Part shown: piece by piece, positions 28,908 to 31,134 of the stretch
How the letters are laid out: each line of letters opens with the position of its first letter
How positions within the stretch are numbered: position 1 is the first letter of the stretch
DNA from: an uncultured Clostridia bacterium
GTDB lineage: Bacteria > Bacillota > Clostridia > Christensenellales > Borkfalkiaceae
NCBI GenBank assembly: GCA_964494075.1
Contig: CAZBQP010000001.1
Coordinates: 1-31,134, forward strand
Reading direction: 5' to 3'
Length of the DNA: 31,134 bases
Program-made: the position numbers and the translations under genes
The notes under the pieces: generated by a model
The model's input: the letters and a program-made list of their open reading frames with translations, nothing else
Database searches by the model: none
What the model was told of the DNA's origin: nothing

Positions 28908-30128
28908 TTATAAGCTATCAAACAAGTCAGTCTCGTCTCCATTGCAAGGCTGCAATGCGCCGAGTTTGACACAAAATTCCGTATTGAACAGTTTCTTTTT
29001 CTCACCCTTTTCCGTCAGAGAAAAAACCTTTTTCCCGTTCGTGTACAAAAATAAAGCGTCGTCGTCAAGCAAGCAAAAATCAGCCACACCCGAAGCCAAC
29101 TCCACAGCAGCCGAAGGAAGATACTCTTCTCCGAAATCGCCGCCGTTTTTGGGAATTTTCACGAGTTTCCAGCTGTGAGGAATAAAACCGCCGTCGCCGT
29201 CCTTGGCGTTGCGTTTCAGTTCCTTTTCCACGTTGAGGATATGGTTGTTGACAAACGCCTTTTTCCCGTCGGCATTTTTCGCTGTGCTTCCGCCCAACGA
29301 CGTCTTTCCCTTGCCGTCCACGAGGGGCTTCCCTGTAAACATCGTCACGAAGAGAGAAATGAATCCTACAAGCGCCTCTACAATCCGTACGGGCACGAGC
29401 AAAATATTCAAAAACAGATTGCTCTTTTCCTTATCGTCTCCGGGTTTTCGAATACAGTACAAATTCCCTGCCTTATCGAATACAGGTTTGATATACGAAT
29501 TTTTTCCATCCGAAAGCAAGGTGTCAATTCGACGGGAGTGTACGTTGAGTTTCAAAATCTCGGAAGGTGCATATTGCACGAACTCGTTCTCCAAGTTTCG
29601 CCCCACACCGTAAGAATTGAAGTATACGTCGCCGTTTTTGCCGAAGAAGGGATGTTCGTCAAGACTATCACCGCCCGTCACGCATTTATAATCACCCCCG
29701 TCCTTGGAAAAAATGGCAATATCGGACGTAAGCGGAGAACTTTGCACCACACCGGCAATCTCCCCTCGACGATTCACGACGACGTCACGGAAGATCACGT
29801 CATTAGACGAGAGGACGTGCGCCTCCGTCTTTTTCTCATCGTCGGTATATTTATAATAAATGCCTGCGCTTTCGTTGACGGAAAAAGCATAGAGCAGCCG
29901 ATTTTGCTCCGTCGTGGGGGATATGGAAAGAAGCTCGACGTCCACTCGTTGATCGTCCGAGAAAAAATCGTCGTACAACATGGCATCGCTCTTCTTTTTC
30001 CATTCCTTATTTTTACGATCTCGAAGGACGGTTTCACGATAATTCGTAATATACGCACTGTCGTATTTCTCTATTTTTCCGTCGTCGTACACGCACAAAT
30101 TTTCATTGTCGATAAACGTGAATGTCAT
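28908..30128 (-). CDS. Hypothetical protein, 406 aa; possible TolB-like beta-propeller with an internal hydrophobic segment
   Basis: Repeated beta-rich units (SISPT, HPFFGKNGDVYF, KPVFDKAGNLY) and the hydrophobic stretch LFLNILLVPVRIVEALVGFISLFVTMF. Confidence 0.7.
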   Translation of the reverse strand: MTFTFIDNENLCVYDDGKIEKYDSAYITNYRETVLRDRKNKEWKKKSDAMLYDDFFSDDQRVDVELLSISPTTEQNRLLYAFSVNESAGIYYKYTDDEKKTEAHVLSSNDVIFRDVVVNRRGEIAGVVQSSPLTSDIAIFSKDGGDYKCVTGGDSLDEHPFFGKNGDVYFNSYGVGRNLENEFVQYAPSEILKLNVHSRRIDTLLSDGKNSYIKPVFDKAGNLYCIRKPGDDKEKSNLFLNILLVPVRIVEALVGFISLFVTMFTGKPLVDGKGKTSLGGSTAKNADGKKAFVNNHILNVEKELKRNAKDGDGGFIPHSWKLVKIPKNGGDFGEEYLPSAAVELASGVADFCLLDDDALFLYTNGKKVFSLTEKGEKKKLFNTEFCVKLGALQPCNGDETDLFDSL

Positions 30129-30148
30129 AACGATCTCCTATCACCCTC

Positions 30149-30835
30149 TCACAGAGGACTTTTACGCTCTTTTCCCTGACCACGAGGATATTTCAGGGGA
30201 GTAGGCTTTGTCTTTTCTACCACCGCCAACACTCTCTCGCCATATTCTTCGGGCAATGCGTACGGACAGGTCTTCACAAGTCTGCCGCCCAGCGTCTTAT
30301 ATGCGCTCTTCGCTTCCTCGATTTCCGAAACGTCGCTACTTTTGTATGCGATAAAGCTACCGCCCACCTTGACGAAGGGCATACAATATTCACTCAGCGT
30401 ATTCATTCGTGCCACCGCTCTTGCCGTTGCGTGATCGTATTTTTCACGGAATTTTTCATCCCGAGCAGCATCTTCCGCCCGAATATTATAAATATGCACG
30501 TCTCGTAAACAGAGTTTATCCACAACCGCTTGCAAAAACTCGCATTTTTTGCCCACGCTTTCAAGCAAATCGAACTTTAAATCCTCTCTTACGATTTTTA
30601 ATGGAATGGAGGGGAATCCTGCCCCCGAGCCGATCTCGGCGATTTTTCCGTCCCTCTTAAACAATTCCGTACCGGCGATACTGTCCAAAAAATGCTTAAA
30701 TTGCATGTCTTTTTCTTCCAAAATCGTCGTTAAATTGTATCGTTGGTTGTATTCCAAGATCATCGCCCGAAAAAGCTCGAATTTTTCTTTGTATTCTCCA
30801 AGGATCTTTTGTTCGTAAAGTTCTTCGATTTTCAT
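30149..30835 (-). CDS. rsmG: 16S rRNA m7G527 methyltransferase RsmG (GidB)
   Basis: YNLTTI, KHFLDS, EIGSGAGFPSIPL, RAED, TARAVA and TPLKYPR. Confidence 0.97.
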   Translation of the reverse strand: MKIEELYEQKILGEYKEKFELFRAMILEYNQRYNLTTILEEKDMQFKHFLDSIAGTELFKRDGKIAEIGSGAGFPSIPLKIVREDLKFDLLESVGKKCEFLQAVVDKLCLRDVHIYNIRAEDAARDEKFREKYDHATARAVARMNTLSEYCMPFVKVGGSFIAYKSSDVSEIEEAKSAYKTLGGRLVKTCPYALPEEYGERVLAVVEKTKPTPLKYPRGQGKERKSPL

Positions 30836-30837
30836 AG

Positions 30838-31134
30838 TTGTTCACACCTTTGTTGATAAAGTTATCCACATTTGTACAACTCCTTGTGGATAAGTTGATA
30901 AATTATTTTTATACGTTGGTTTTTGTATATTTATACATTTTGTGTTTGGCTTGCTATCCACCGCATCTCCACAAATCCACATTTCGTCCACAATTTCTTC
31001 CACAGGAAAAAGGTGGGTTGTCCACGGAGGGAAGAATCTTGATCTTTCCAGGAAAATCCTGACGATTTTGAGGGCGAAAAGTGGGTTGTCCACAATTCCA
31101 CAGCACCCTACTAATACTACTATTATATTTATAT
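30838..31134. other. Replication origin (oriC)-like region: DnaA-box cluster plus DnaA-trio/AT-rich unwinding element
   Basis: Perfect TTATCCACA at 30862-30870 and TGTGGATAA at 30885-30893. Many near-boxes (30838, 30851 reverse, 30954, TCCACA at 30968/30976/30987/30999, 31018, 31086). Then TTGTCCACA-ATTCCACA-GCACCC-TACTAATACTACTAT-AT-rich at 31086-31134. Confidence 0.85.

Noticed and set aside
30838-31093. Two short ORFs (74 aa and 83 aa) in the terminal region
   Set aside because: They are made of DnaA-box repeats within the oriC-like region and are most likely non-coding.
28850-31134. parS or dif sites near the origin
   Set aside because: I saw no TGTTTCACGTGAAACA-like palindrome and no dif-like sequence by eye.

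Overview
Core chromosome of an endospore-forming Firmicute (Clostridia-like; inferred from spoIVFA/spoIVFB, pdaB and ricT homologues and sigma-A consensus promoters). The right end carries an oriC-like region with DnaA boxes and a DnaA-trio unwinding element. Genes are mostly housekeeping: ftsH (partial), mntP, tmk, an Orn/Lys/Arg decarboxylase, lysS, greA, aminotransferase plus Lrp regulator, pdaB, a tandem-OB SSB, spoIVFA/FB, rng, lon, engB, rpmA, rplU, rqcH, tig-clpP-clpX, ricT, holB and rsmG. I found no tRNA, rRNA, CRISPR array, IS or prophage. The most striking unexplained signal is a dispersed non-palindromic 15-bp motif, TSAACGCAKACMTGS. It has nine exact copies (about 0.001 expected for uniform base composition) and at least six near-copies, on both strands, between genes and inside conserved CDSs in four different frame registers. 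This points to DNA-level selection, such as an uptake-sequence-like signal or a chromosome-organising protein site. Other oddities: an oriC unwinding element directly next to rsmG with no dnaA on that side, an N-terminally extended L27 with no prp gene in its operon, a solo Cas4/AddB-like 4-Cys nuclease, and shuffled versions of normally contiguous operons.
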